From NCBI RefSeq assembly GCF_001194135.2, contig NC_068988.1, forward strand, positions 60,389,264 to 60,441,932: a stretch of DNA of 52,669 nt. The letters are read 5' to 3'. Below, piece by piece: positions 13,089 to 25,901 of this stretch (its first letter is position 1; each line of letters starts with the position of its first letter). The translations under genes were made by a program, and so were the position numbers. Source of the stretch: Octopus bimaculoides. Lineage: Eukaryota. Under the pieces are notes generated by a model. The model saw only the letters and a list, made by a program, of their open reading frames with translations. It made no database searches and was not told the origin of the DNA.

Positions 13089-14139
13089 CAGGGAATCATC
13101 GCATCAATAAAAAAATATTACTGCTATAAAATGCTGCGCGCTATCATTGATGAAGAGAGAGAAAGTATCCCTGTTAATAAGTAAGTCATTTGTAACAAAA
13201 AACTTTTGCACGTTATAGTTGTTCTTAGATCCGCATCAAACCGTCGGCAGTAGCTAAATATTGATACAATGGTTGCGTGGTGGTGGTTGTGAAAGTGAAT
13301 AGGACATTGTCTAATTCTAAGCGTAGCTACTGAATCTTCCGCAGTCTACAGAAAGCTGGACTAATGAGATTTCGTAAGGAAGGATTAATCTTGGATAAAC
13401 TGCAATCACATTGGAACAGATACCTTCAGCGATACATTAACAATATAGTTACTGAAGAACAGCATGGTGAATGTTAATGATAAAGAAAATCGGATACTGC
13501 CACATCCTCCAGTACCCAATACCTAAGATAGTGAGATATTGTGATGTTTCATGGAATGATATAACTACACAAGACAACATTGTTATCATAGTTTAATGAA
13601 CTTACAACAAATATCATAGACGTCGAAAACGAAGAAACACAAGCAGCTAAAGCAAGTGACTGGTTATTTTATTTATTTTTATATTTTTACTTTTTTTCTA
13701 AATATTGATCGACTTCTACTTCAATGAATTTTATTTACATGAACTCAGAGTCTTTGATGAACTCTCTGAACTTATATTGCACGCGTGTAAATATGTTTTG
13801 TAATTACGCCATGTTCCTTTATATCTTCTTTTCCATAATTTCTGATATCTAAATGACACATACCGAGAAATTATTTGTAAAATATCATGACTTTTTAAGC
13901 AATACCTAGCGTTTGTAAATGCTTTATCGATTGAATGACACAAAAAAATAAGTAAACATATTCTATACGTAATTATACTCAGTATGGTTTCCTTTGTTTA
14001 CGATCTAATCAATTAACTTGAACATATTCAATTATACCCAGTTTGGTAATCGAGGTGTAACAATATATACTAATTATGTGAGCGAAAGTATATCTATGCA
14101 TCTTAGGTCGTCGGTCTGTCACGAACTTACAGCCTGATT

Positions 14140-14380
14140 AAGACCGGATCTTATCCCTGTTTCCATTGCGTATAAGCCACTAAGAATACAATACTATCTA
14201 CTGAGCATGCCACCGGTCCATCGCATGTTAAACCCCCAGTTGTTGCTGTTACTCATTTTCAATTGAGTGGACTGGATCAAAGTGAAATGAAGTGTTTTGT
14301 CTAAGAGCTTATCACGTCTCCTGTTCTATGAATCGAAACTACAATAGAGTGTCCGGCAACCTACCACTACACCACACGCC
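14140..14380 (-). mobile_element. Degenerate CORE-type tRNA SINE
   Basis: TTACTCATTTT..TGAGTGGACTGGATCAAAGTGAAATGAAGTGTTTTG central block shared with 17449-17723 and 46348-46550; tRNA-like head remnant GAATCGAAAC...CCACTACACC. Confidence 0.6.
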
Positions 14381-15396
14381 TTCATATATATATGTATCCA
14401 CACAAACACTTACATATATACACTATTTCAATTCGGTAACTTATCTACAATACGCTGGAATTTACTGGACTCAAACCAAAAATGCTTAGTACTGTTAGTT
14501 TCGGGCGTATGATTTGAGAACGATTTGAACAAATCTCCAAGAAAATGCATATTTACTTACATATATGCGATAACATATGCATACATGCGCACATCCGTGT
14601 CTGCATGCATGCACCCATCCATCAATCCAACCATCCATTCATCAATCCATCCATCCAGCCGTACATACATACATACGTGCATACATACATACATACATAC
14701 ATACATACATGCGTGCGTACATGCAAACTATTAAGAAAATGGATCTCCGTCAATTTCGCCGATTTGGATTCAGTTACTTGATAAATTGATAACCTGCACA
14801 TTGAATTAGCAGAATATTCCACACACTCATGTATCATTCAAATAAGTCTTAAGAGGAATCATCACGACAAAATGTGTGACAAGGCCACACCTTTGCATTA
14901 CTGCTATAACCTATCGGATGAGCCTCCGCACAATAACTGTCAATACACTTTCATCTAGAAAGCTTGGTTTCACCTCAGGCAAATCGTCCAATTTACCATG
15001 ACGAGGTTCGACATCATAACGTCGTGTTTGTGAAGCGAATCCCGTAACTCTTCTCTCGTGTATACACCATATATACGCACGTACGAACATGCATACATAC
15101 ATATTTGACCCCTGACAATCAAGATAGATCTTATATCAGTAACTGAAATTTTCTCCGCAAAGTTTATTTAATGAAAAACTAACATTGGTATAAGTCTCCT
15201 TTCCTTATACCACAGGCATTGCCTACGGAAAGGTGGAAGCTGATACAACGTGGCATCAAAAAGTTGAAGGTGCAACCAGAACACAAAGAATTTGAACAGA
15301 TACCTGTAAAATATTTTGTCCAAAGTTCTAACATTTCAGCTTATTCCTCGCCAAATCTCATACTTTATTTTATTAATTTTGGAAGCATGAAGGACA

Positions 15397-15486
15397 GAGG
15401 TGACCTCGGTAACAAATAAGCTTTGAACATAAAATACACTTGAGGTGACCTTGGTAACAATTAAGCTTTGAACATAAAAAATACTT
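15397..15486. repeat. Two-copy tandem repeat, 45-bp unit, inside a decayed SINE remnant
   Basis: GAGGTGACCT(C/T)GGTAACAA(A/T)TAAGCTTTGAACATAAAA...ACTT at 15397-15441 and 15442-15486. Confidence 0.85.
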
Positions 15487-17129
15487 GAAATTACTACAAA
15501 GCACTTTGTTTGCCGATCTGACGATTCTGTCGGTCCTCCATGTCACATATACATTTTATTTTTTGTATATATTCATACTGCGAATCCCTGAAGGATTAAA
15601 AGCAAACTTGCTCCGGTTGAAAATTGCAGTTAGAATATTCGAACGGGAATAAATAGCATAAAACATTTTGTTCGACGTTGTTAAGATTTTCCCTCCTTAC
15701 ATTACACATATGCATACATAAAAAAACTTTGCATATACATATATGCTCAAATTTACAAAGACAGGCATACATACGTTTAGCATACACACCTGCATACATA
15801 CATAGATATATACATGCATACGTACATACATACTGTCATACATTCATACATACATACATGCATATACCATATATTTGTAGCAAATAAGAATGTGGTAAAT
15901 AAATGCTGGACTGTTTTCAAAGTAATTCATAAGGAAGAATTTTAAAAGATTCAAATTAAGTAAGAAATAAAAGATAAAAATATAACGATAAGAACTGTAG
16001 CAAAATATTACTGGAAAGAAAAGCTTGTCATTGAAGTGACTTTTGCCATGAATTACGACATTCTTTTCTGAAAGAACTCTAATGTTACTATTTTCCAAAA
16101 TTCTCTTGAAAGAAACACACATTTGTTAAGTATAAAAGCAACACTTCGTTTGTGCTGTCCGTTTTCCAGAGTTTTCTTTCTTTGATTTAGTTATGTATTT
16201 ATTTTTTTCTTTATGATTGCAAATCATGTCTGAAGTGTGATGGCCCATTCTTTCATATGTCAAATACACGAAGACAATGAATATGTCGGAATGTATGTAT
16301 ATGCGTGGAGCTAGCTATCCCTGTGTTTTCATGCTTATATATACTCGTGTGTATGTGTGTGTGTGTGTATTTTCATGTGTTAAGTTTGTAAGTTTGACTT
16401 TTATTTGTCATTCCAAAATGTGGACTGTCTTTGACTTTTAATCATAAGAGAAGCAATATATATATATATTATATATATATATATATATANNNNNNNNNNN
16501 NNNNNNNNNNNNNNNNNNNNNNNNNNNNNNNNNNNNNNNNNNNNNNNNNNNNNNNNNNNNNNNNNNNNNNNNNNNNNNNNNNNNNNNNNNNNNNNNNNNN
16601 NNNNNNNNNNNNNNNNNNNNNNNNNNNNNNNNNNNNNNNNNNNNNNNNNNNNNNNNNNNNNNNNNNNNNNNNNNNNNNNNNNNNNNNNNNNNNNNNNNNN
16701 NNNNNNNNNNNNNNNNNNNNNNNNNNNNNNNNNNNNNNNNNNNNNNNNNNNNNNNNNNNNNNNNNNNNNNNNNNNNNNNNNNNNNNNNNNNNNNNNNNNN
16801 NNNNNNNNNNNNNNNNNNNNNNNNNNNNNNNNNNNNNNNNNNNNNNNNNNNNNNNNNNNNNNNNNNNNNNNNNNNNNNNNNNNNNNNNNNNNNNNNNNNN
16901 NNNNNNNNNNNNNNNNNNNNNNNNNNNNNNNNNNNNNNNNNNNNNNNNNNNNNNNNNNNNNNNNNNNNNNNNNNNNNNNNNNNNNNNNNNNNNNNNNNNN
17001 NNNNNNNNNNNNNNNNNNNNNNNNNNNNNNNNNNNNNNNNNNNNNNNNNNNNNNNNNNNNNNNNNNNNNNNNNNNNNNNNNNNNNNNNNNNNNNNNNNNN
17101 NNNNNNNNNNNNNNNNNNNNNNNNNNNNN

Positions 17130-17279
17130 CGTAACTTAGCGGTTCGGCAAAAGAGACCGATAGAATAAGTACTAGGCTTCTAAAGAATAAGTCCTGGGGT
17201 CGATTTGCTCGACTAAAAGGCGGTGCTCCAGCATGGCCACAGTCAAAAGACTGAAACAAATAAAAGAGTAAAAGAGAAT
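17130..17279 (+). mobile_element. 3' portion of a SINE (family B-related variant); 5' end in gap
   Basis: GATAGAATAAGTACTAGG...CTGGGGTCGATTTG block related to family B; ends CCAGCATGGCCACAGTC...GAAACAA-TAAAAGAG, a tail also seen near 36545-36590. Confidence 0.65.
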
Positions 17280-17374
17280 ATAGTTGAAATTCATAGAAAA
17301 ACAAAAGACGAAGACACGTGTGTATGAACAACATGCAAGTGTATTAGTTTGACGCTCGGGGAAAATGAAAAAGT

Positions 17375-17410
17375 CTTTTACGTTTCGAGCCTACGCTCTT
17401 CAACAGAAAG
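17375..17410 (-). ncRNA. Minimal type I hammerhead ribozyme-like motif with A6U core variant
   Basis: Minus strand: CTTT-CTGTTGA-A-GAGC gtag GCTC-GAAA-CG-TA-AAAG. Stem I CTTT/AAAG, perfect stem II, palindromic ACGT stem III, GUA cleavage triplet. Confidence 0.65.
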
Positions 17411-17448
17411 GCATAAGAGAAAATAAACAGAGAGAATGAAAAAATTAC

Positions 17449-17723
17449 GACGACGAACGTTCCTGTTGATCCGATCATAGGAACAGCCTACTCGTAACAT
17501 TAACTTGTAAGTGGCTCAGCACTCCACAAACACGCGTACCCTTAACATAATTATCACCGAGATTCAGCGGGACGTAAAACGTGAGAAGGCTGGCCCTTTG
17601 AATTACAGGTACAATTAACTTTTGCCAGGTCAGTAGAGTGGAGCAATATGAAGGATAAAACACACCACCAGGAATCGTTGCTGAGGACCTTACAATCGTG
17701 AGCCAGATAGCCTAACCACTCGC
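17449..17723 (-). mobile_element. CORE-type tRNA SINE sharing its 3' tail with family A
   Basis: GTTGATCCGATC...CTCAGCACTCCAC...TACCCTTAAC...GGCCCTTTGAATTACAGGTAC matches the family A tail. It is then joined to a different central block (GAGTGGAGCAA) and a tRNA head remnant (GGAATCG...CCTAACCACT). Confidence 0.7.
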
Positions 17724-18070
17724 TTTCACGATGTATAAACGGATATGTGTGTACGTGTTTGTATACATACACATATATATGTATATATAGATATACACAT
17801 ACACATATATATGTATATATAGATAAACATATATAGATATAGATATATGTGAATACATATTCAGTTGCTTCAGATACATGTGTGTGTATATGTGCACGTA
17901 TGCATGTGAATGTATATGACAGAAATATACCGTATTTGATGGGATAGAACACTCGCAAGTGTATTATATGCATCCCAATTTCAACAACGAATATTTAGAA
18001 AAGAAGTGTTTAGTACATTAATACGTGTAATGTAGGCTTAACTTAGACTGATTTTTGAGACATTTTGTCT

Positions 18071-18108
<38 letters not shown>

Positions 18109-19719
18109 ATCTTTTTCATAGCTTACCTTTTCTCTCTGTTCTCTATACCATTCCTAAAACTTCAGCTTCCTTCCTCAATACTGAACCAACAGCACAATCG
18201 ATTTTTCTCCTGCGAACGTTTATTAATCCATCGCTCTGACTACTTTTGACAACACATTTACGTCCTCTCACCTAGTCTGATCAATCTCGTTACACTGTTT
18301 TCGTTTCTTTGTCCCTTTCCTCAAGCTTTCTTGCTCACTGTTATCCCATAACCCTACCCTAACCACCTTTTTACTGTTACTGACCACATTCTTACATTTT
18401 ACTTCCTCCCATTTGTAATATTCTCATGCCACTCAAAAATCCTCTCATAAGACACCCATCACAAATAGTCTTCTTCGCCTCCTCCCCCTTACTTTTCTCT
18501 CTTTCTTCTCCTCTTCTCTCTCACTCTGTCTTTCCGAACATTGACAGATGTGCAATATGTTAGACTCCGTTGCATCACAACTTGAAATATATCCCATTTT
18601 TATATATCTCATAAACTTTTACGTAATTCAAAACTACTGCAGACATACTGCTTTCGTTCTTTGCAGTGTTAGGTGTACCAGAGACAGAGAACTTATTTAA
18701 ATCTATGTAGTCCGAGCAAATGAAAATTAAATTATCTGGTATTAGCTACGCGTTCAAGTTATATACACAACGTAACCCCTGTGACGAGTTAAAAACGTCA
18801 CCCCTTCGACCTCGTGTTCGACATTCACTCCGTAACTTCTATCAAATTTGTAATAAACTCAAAACAACCTTTATCACACTTGTGATATTTCATCATAGAA
18901 TTACAGAAATGGGATGATATTAAAGAACCTTTTCCAATTTCTTTCTCCAATAATAATCTTTTCCGGAACTTTTCAAATATATCTTTAATAATGATACAGA
19001 GACTAACACCAATTACGTACACACATCCACACAGGCGTACACACACACACACACACACACATACTCGTATGCATGCATTCCTCCATATGTACACTAACGC
19101 TAATAAATAACTATACCGCCGCCGTGTGTGTGAGTGCGCGCGCGCGCCTGGGAATTGCATCATACATATTGAATTACAGCAGATGGATATATGAAATATA
19201 ATAACATGTTGACAGAAAAGCGAGGCTTAAATAGATTTGTAATGGCTTTCAGAAAGATGAATGTAAATCCAGCTTCTTCGTAGTTCGACGTGAAAATGTT
19301 AATGAGAAATTATTTCCGTTTGCTCAGTTCTTTCAACCTTGAACCAAATATTCAGATATCATATTTGTCAGAAAAGTCGGAATGTGAATAAGATCAAAAG
19401 ATAGAAAGACAAGATATGCATATTGTGGGCTTTGTAATTAATTATGATACATTTCGCATATATTTTCTTTATCTACATATTATCTACATTTTTACAACAT
19501 ATTAGCTACGTTTTTAGGCAGAAAATATCAACAGTTTCATGTATGTATCATTATTTATTTACATTTCATTTACATAAGGTGTTGAACGAATATAATTTAT
19601 TGAATTAATTCTATTATGATACTGTTATAATTCCTTTACGGTTTGGTCGAAGTGAATATATGCAGAAGGAACTTTGGAGAGTGTCTCTATCAAGAAAATA
19701 GTGAACACATTCGCAGATA

Positions 19720-19885
19720 TCTATGTATGGCTAAGAAACTAGCTTTACAAGCATGTTTTTGGGTTCAGTCCCGCTACGCAGAATCTTAGGTAACTGGTTT
19801 CTACTCTAGCCCCCACTCCCGGCCACAAATAAATACCTCATGAGTAAATTTGGTAGTCGGAAAATGTGTGGAAGGACTTCGTATA
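19720..19885 (+). mobile_element. Degenerate tRNA-derived SINE (third family)
   Basis: GGGTTCAGTCCC B-box-like motif followed by TTCTACTCTAGCC...GAGTAAATTTGGTAGTCGGAAA. Family recognition is from memory only. Confidence 0.5.
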
Positions 19886-20609
19886 TGTTCATATATTTGT
19901 ATATATAATATCGTTATATTTACGAAAAAGTGTCGCAAGTCCAAAACGTTGCTTTTTCAGAAAACGAAAAATAGTTTCACCATTCCATTTCTTTTTACAT
20001 TAGGAAGAGTTTCAGCTTAACAATAATACTTTGTTGGGTGCATAAAATCGTAACATCCAAGTCTGGGATTCCTAATAGATGGTGNNNNNNNNNNNNNNNN
20101 NNNNNNNNNNNNNNNNNNNNNNNNNNNNNNNNNNNNNNNNNNNNNNNNNNNNNNNNNNNNNNNNNNNNNNNNNNNNNNNNNNNNNNNNNNNNNNNNNNNN
20201 NNNNNNNNNNNNNNNNNNNNNNNNNNNNNNNNNNNNNNNNNNNNNNNNNNNNNNNNNNNNNNNNNNNNNNNNNNNNNNNNNNNNNNNNNNNNNNNNNNNN
20301 NNNNNNNNNNNNNNNNNNNNNNNNNNNNNNNNNNNNNNNNNNNNNNNNNNNNNNNNNNNNNNNNNNNNNNNNNNNNNNNNNNNNNNNNNNNNNNNNNNNN
20401 NNNNNNNNNNNNNNNNNNNNNNNNNNNNNNNNNNNNNNNNNNNNNNNNNNNNNNNNNNNNNNNNNNNNNNNNNNNNNNNNNNNNNNNNNNNNNNNNNNNN
20501 NNNNNNNNNNNNNNNNNNNNNNNNNNNNNNNNNNNNNNNNNNNNNNNNNNNNNNNNNNNNNNNNNNNNNNNNNNNNNNNNNNNNNNNNNNNNNNNNNNNN
20601 NGTATTAGA

Positions 20610-21250
20610 GACTAAGTTTTCTACTTTCACTCCTGTTATTTTCTTCACCATTTATCACAGTCTTTTTTCACTTACAGCCTGTTTCTTCTCTCCTGTTTTC
20701 TCAAATCTTTGGCTCTTTCTGTGTTAGCTTCCAAATTATACATTTTCTCGCTTAGCCTATTCACAAAACGATGTGGAAAGGAATGTTGGACCTCGATATA
20801 AACGCTCATATTTTACCCCATCAATGTTGCCTTTTCAGGGAAATAGGCGCTCAATGCGGAAAGAAATTGACCTAATAATCGAGCACAAATGAATGTCAGG
20901 CAATGTTGAGCTCGTTGGGATTCGCACTCTGAACATACCAGGACAAATGGCGGGAAAAAATTTATTCCATACCCTAAAAACTCGGTAACTTCGCTCTTTT
21001 TCGCAGAATACTAAGGACAACGGCGAGAAAACAATATGTTTTCCCTGGCCCAGAATAAAATTTCTTATCGTCGTAGACCTTCCAGCCACGATCATCTAAT
21101 TTAATTTCAAGACTGATAAATTTCTGACTCCGTTACACAAGCCATGTCGAACCTTACGTCAAAATACTCCATTTTATTATAGGCCTACTCACCATAGAAA
21201 GTTGTGCGACGAAATAACTAATTATCCTCAAACTGGATACATAGATCGAA
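20610..21250 (-). pseudogene. Possible highly decayed non-LTR retrotransposon ORF1 (gag-like)
   Basis: Across frameshifts reads RKVRHGLCNGVR..V.KL / MIVAGR..IRNF / FYSGPGKTYCF, resembling the ORF1 stretch before a CCHC knuckle, then a K/E-rich tail. The knuckle itself is not intact. Confidence 0.3.
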
Positions 21251-22130
21251 TGCTTTCCACAAAGGGGAGTTATCGACAGGCACCCGTAGGTCCATTGATT
21301 TTATTATCTGGTGATAGATTAAATCTGACATACTAAAAGTGATACAAGTATAGTCCACATGGCGAGTACCCGCACTGTATCCATCTACTTTAAATAAATT
21401 ATGTTTATAATACTTCAGCTGACAAAGAGCAATGGCAAAGCACTTGGCTAAAGTGCCTCAATTTGTGATCGAACCTAGAACGATGCAATTCTAAAGCAAA
21501 GTTTTTAACCACATTAAAATGTCTACTCTATAATCCTCTCTACACAAAAGGAAGAATACAAAATCTGAACGTGCCGTTAATATTCCACTCCAAGAGAAGC
21601 GGAGTCACACAAGTTTGTTTTGCTCAGGCCTGAAAATAAGCATACTTGTGTTCAAAGCCGTTTGATGATTAAGCTATATTTATTTAATCATAAATGAATA
21701 CGTTATCTGTATCTTTTCTCTTTTGCTTATATTTCGACCGAGGCAAAACTCACAGAGTGAATTTTTAATTAAATATCTACTGACTTTACACACGTCTATC
21801 GAATTCAAACGTATCTATGGTTACATTAGTTATTATATTCTTTCCTGCATTTAAGTGAGTGTGGTGCAGTGTAAAGGAGAATTAGCTTCTATACGAAGCA
21901 AATGGACGGAAGACAAAGAAGCTGTCTCAATGATTCTTGAAACAAATAAACTTAATGCACTCAGTCTGTGCGATCCATACATTGTTGCAAGCAATGAAGA
22001 TAATTCTTCACATACAGGATAATTTTTGTCTCCGTCATTGGTGTTTTGTTGTTGCTTATCAACAGGCATATAATAAAAACAATTCCAAAAGTATTATAAC
22101 ACCCGTTATTTCTCAGATACAGTATACCGT

Positions 22131-22478
22131 TGTTGTAAAGCGGTCTTTCGATTCTGTTGTACCTGTCTTTTGACGACGGCTGTTGCTCTAACAGATACTG
22201 CTATATTCCGACATAGTCGATCGAATGGTTCTAGCTCGCACTGTACGACCCCAAGTCGTACAGTGTTATCCTCAAATGGTTGGATGATTATAACATCCAC
22301 TCAGTATCACAGTATAATTACTATATCAGCACAGACACAACTATCAACACAGTCTACACGTACTCTAGGTACTCTCGACCTTTTTTTACCTTCTCCTATC
22401 GACCGACTACTGGTCTATTTATAACTGCTGGCAACTACCACTTTTACCGAAAGAGGTGTACAGTTTCACTATACAACA
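22131..22478 (-). repeat. 3' LTR (348 bp)
   Basis: Begins TGTTGTAAAGCGGTC and ends GTTTCACTATACAACA; roughly 80% similar by eye to 26706-27019. Confidence 0.88.
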
Positions 22479-22489
22479 TCTACCCTTTT
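22479..22489 (-). promoter_or_regulatory. Polypurine tract
   Basis: Minus strand AAAAGGGTAGA immediately precedes the 3' LTR. Confidence 0.7.
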
Positions 22490-22540
22490 AATTTTTTTTA
22501 TTAACAATCAATTTCTTTTATTCACCCTACCTCCTCCATT

Positions 22541-22600
<60 letters not shown>

Positions 22601-22949
22601 TATACTCAAAATCTTTTCTTCTTAAGGTCTACTTTTAATAATTCAGTGTTCTTCCTTTTCCTTGTACTTGTGGTGTCGACTTCTTGTAATGGTGTGGGAA
22701 TCTGAAAAGTTTCATATAGCCAATCCATCGGTATTTCTACTTTTGATGGTTCTTTTTCTATGATTCTTTCCTTAAGCTGATTTCTGTCTTCTTTCCATTC
22801 CATTTCTGCTTCTAACACTGGATCCCATAAAGGAGCTTTTGGGGTAGCGAACCACGAAACGTGGTTGGAATTCATTCCTACATCATTCTTATGTGTATTA
22901 CAATTTCTCCTTCTTCACAGTCTTGCTTGTCATTTATGTACATTCTTAC

Positions 22950-23309
22950 ATATACCTTATCACCTATTCTAAAGAATTTTGGCAAGTCTTTAATAGCACG
23001 TAGTTTTCTTCACTGGTGACAGTTTATCACAATACTGATTTCCCTTTCTGGCAAACATTAATTCTGCTGGTGAACTTCCTTCTGGCACATTTGAGTTTTG
23101 AGTTACCCTGTATGCCCTTAAGAAATTGTTCGGTCACGACCTAGTCAGTGGCTTCCTTATTAGCTTTCTTTAAAGCTCTCTTAAAAGTGTTCACGAATCC
23201 ATCGGCCCTTCCATTCGGTCTCGGGTGATACGGTGCTATAGTTTTATGTTCTAGCGTAAACACCTCGCAGAATCTTTTAAACTCACAGGATACAAACTAT
23301 GTCCCGTTA
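22950..23309 (-). pseudogene. Gypsy integrase, C-terminal half of the catalytic core
   Basis: (DN)GT*FVSCEFKRFCEVFTLEHKTIAPYHPRPNGRADGFVNTFKRAL...FLRAYR...SPAELMF. Confidence 0.9.
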
Positions 23310-25901
23310 CACTAGGCAACAAATGTTTTGCTACTATTAGACAAAATTGTGTTCGTAGGTACTTTGGGAACGCTGATTCCGAATCTGCAATCCTCTTTGC
23401 TCTATCACGTCACGTTGTTACTGCTATCGAAATTACAATAATGTGAAAATTCATGACAAACAAAATGAATGTTACGTTAAGCGTAAATTACCATTATTTG
23501 AAATAAGAACAATAGCAACTAGGTGGACAAGTATATTTAAACTCAATAAAACACAAAATAAAAGTGTGAAGTGAATATTATTAATTTTATGTTTTTCAAA
23601 AATAGCTTCGGTGTTTGCTTTTACGCTTATGTTGCACGTCAGTTTCTCGTTTTAAAAGCCAGTAATAGCCCGTCAGCATGTTTGGCGTAAGTCTGCCACT
23701 GTAGCGGCTTTCTAGCTTTTTGATTTCTTGAGAAAATCGTTCATCATGCTCATCGCTTACATCATTCATACTGGGTGGAAAAAGTCAAGATGTGGGTGGA
23801 GAAAATGAATTTTTAGAGACATATAAGCTTTCAAATAATCATTCACAATTGCAACGTAGTTAGATGATTTTCATTTCCCAAACATTTTTTTCCAAGAGAT
23901 ACAAACTTTTCTCAAGCAGTTTTCTCTACTGGGCTTAATTTTCACTGAAACTGCTCATCACAAATTAGTGTGCGAATTTCTGGTCCATTAAAAACACAGC
24001 TTTGATTTTAACTTCACTCTTGCTAGAAACACATTTTTCACTGAGATATTTGAATCCTTCGCCGTCTTCATTCATGGCCTTAACAAAATTCTTAAACAAC
24101 CCAATTTTAATGTGTTAAGAGAGGAAGGTAAATTTTTTGAGGGTAACTAAAGGGATATATTTAACGATGTATCTCCCTGAAGTGAAATCACTTCTCTTTG
24201 ACTACTCTTTTTATCATAGTGATGCTTGTCATCTCTGCTGTTCCAAAGGCACAAAAAGCACTGATGCTTTGTATACCCCATTTGCAACCTAAGAAGCAAA
24301 CCAATAACTTTCAAGTTTCCGCATATATTCCACTTGTGCTCAGAATATTTAATCAAGTGCAAAATTTTATCCATTGATTCATAAGTTTCCTTTAATCTTA
24401 CAGCATGTGCTAGTGGTATTAAAGGGGTTTGATTGCCAAAACAGCTTGCTTTGCTGGAATTTATTGTCTCCATTCTTCAGGATAATGGCTGTAACCTATC
24501 ACACGTAGGAGTCCTTCAACATCACAACAAAAACAAATATCGCCTTTCTCCGTAAACGATTCATGCAATTCTGTATGCCGTTTTCGAAAATACCAGCATT
24601 TTACACCATCGTGTAAAAGATTACATTGTTTCAACCTATAGCCTAGTAGTTCTGACTTTTCAAGTCTGTAACTAAATCATTTAACTCAAATTGACATAAT
24701 CAATGAGGGACTTTTTTTGAAGATCCTGGTTCATCAGAGTGATCTGCTCTATCACCCGGCACGCCTTCAATTGAAGTAGACGCCAGTACTTTCTTCACTT
24801 AAACTATCTTTGTCGAAAGATAAAGGATGTTCTGGAATTGGAATATTTTCAGTAGCATGAGCTACTGGTTTTAAAGCTGAAGGGCAATCTGGATACACAA
24901 TCTTAGATTTTTTTCTTCTAAGAGAAACATGTGATGGTAGTTACGCAGAAATAACAATCGGTATTGTGGTTTGTTGGTTCGCGACATATCATATTTTTCC
25001 ATTTACCATTCAGCCATTGGGTTAGTGCTATGAAGCAGCTTTTGCAACAAACATGAAGCGCCCACAGTTTATCTTGGTCCCCAACTTTGCAACCAAAGTA
25101 AAGCTTGTAAGCATTTTAAAATTTCATTGTAAGCTTATTTCTCTGATCTTTTGGCGTAAATTTTCCACACACGTAACAAAAAGTGTCCGGATGATTAACA
25201 CAAACTTTTCTGCTCATCATAAATACATACTGTAATAATCTAAATCAACATTCAAGAAAGTTTGTCAGTAAATTAAAATATAAAATTAATCAATTGTAAA
25301 TGTTACTGAAAAACATCAAAATATATCTGTCAAAAAAAAAAATCAAATCATCGAAATTTTAGAATGTTCTGAAGCTAAGGCTATCACGAAACAATTTTCT
25401 CCATCTCTAAATTTCAAATATTCATCTTTTTAAAAATTAACTAAATTTACTACTAAACTACTTTTCATATGACTTGGCTCTCTTATTTGATGTACTTTGT
25501 TTTAACAGCACTAGCAGTTATCAAGAAAGGGGAGTTTGAGTGGCTAACTATAACCTAATCTCAATAGCCTACTATAAGGAGAACTTTACTATAATTACAG
25601 CGATAACAAAGTGAAAATAAATTCTCATCTTGTGTGGCAATTTAACACGTAGCCTACATTTCCCTCTATCAGCACTTATTTTTATTTCAGTGATGAGTAT
25701 ATGAATGAAAATCGAAAGCAAATAGTCTATTACTTAGTCAATATTATCAATTGGTGGAAAATCTGATGCTGTGAATAACTAAAAAAACATTACACGTGCT
25801 ATCTGAAAACTGATGTCAGATTCGGGTGCAGCACCCTGAAATTACCCTAAATCAGCTGAAAAGGTTTAAATAGCTTAACAAAATAATTTTGTTACCCAGT
25901 G
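23310..25901 (-). mobile_element. Chapaev3-type (CMC superfamily) DNA transposon, both ends present
   Basis: Imperfect TIRs CACTAGGCAACAAA / TTTGTTACCCAGTG (12/14), subterminal inverted CAGATTCGG block, and 3-bp TSD TTA at 23307-23309 and 25902-25904. Confidence 0.85.
23596..25220 (-). pseudogene. Chapaev3-type transposase, disrupted by stops and frameshifts
   Basis: N-terminus MMSRKVCVNHPDTFCYVCGKF...AYKLYFGCKVGDQDKLWALHVCC...REPTNHNTDCYFC. Middle IPLAHAVRLKETYE...ICGNLK...YTKHQCFLCLWNSR. C-terminus VSDEHDERFSQEI...YYWLLKRE...SYF*. Family name assigned from recalled motifs. Confidence 0.85.

Noticed and set aside
14900-15060. Mariner HTH-like peptide GKLDDLPEVKPSFLDESVLTVIV (minus)
   Set aside because: Weak single-motif similarity, with no TIRs or catalytic motifs nearby.
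18200-18500. Possible CR1 RT trace on the minus strand (IFEWHENITNGRK)
   Set aside because: Low-complexity purine-rich context; no convincing QG or YADD motif.
22606-22875. Extra accessory gene in the Gypsy element
   Set aside because: Best explained as the low-complexity C-terminal tail of the integrase reading frame after a disruption.
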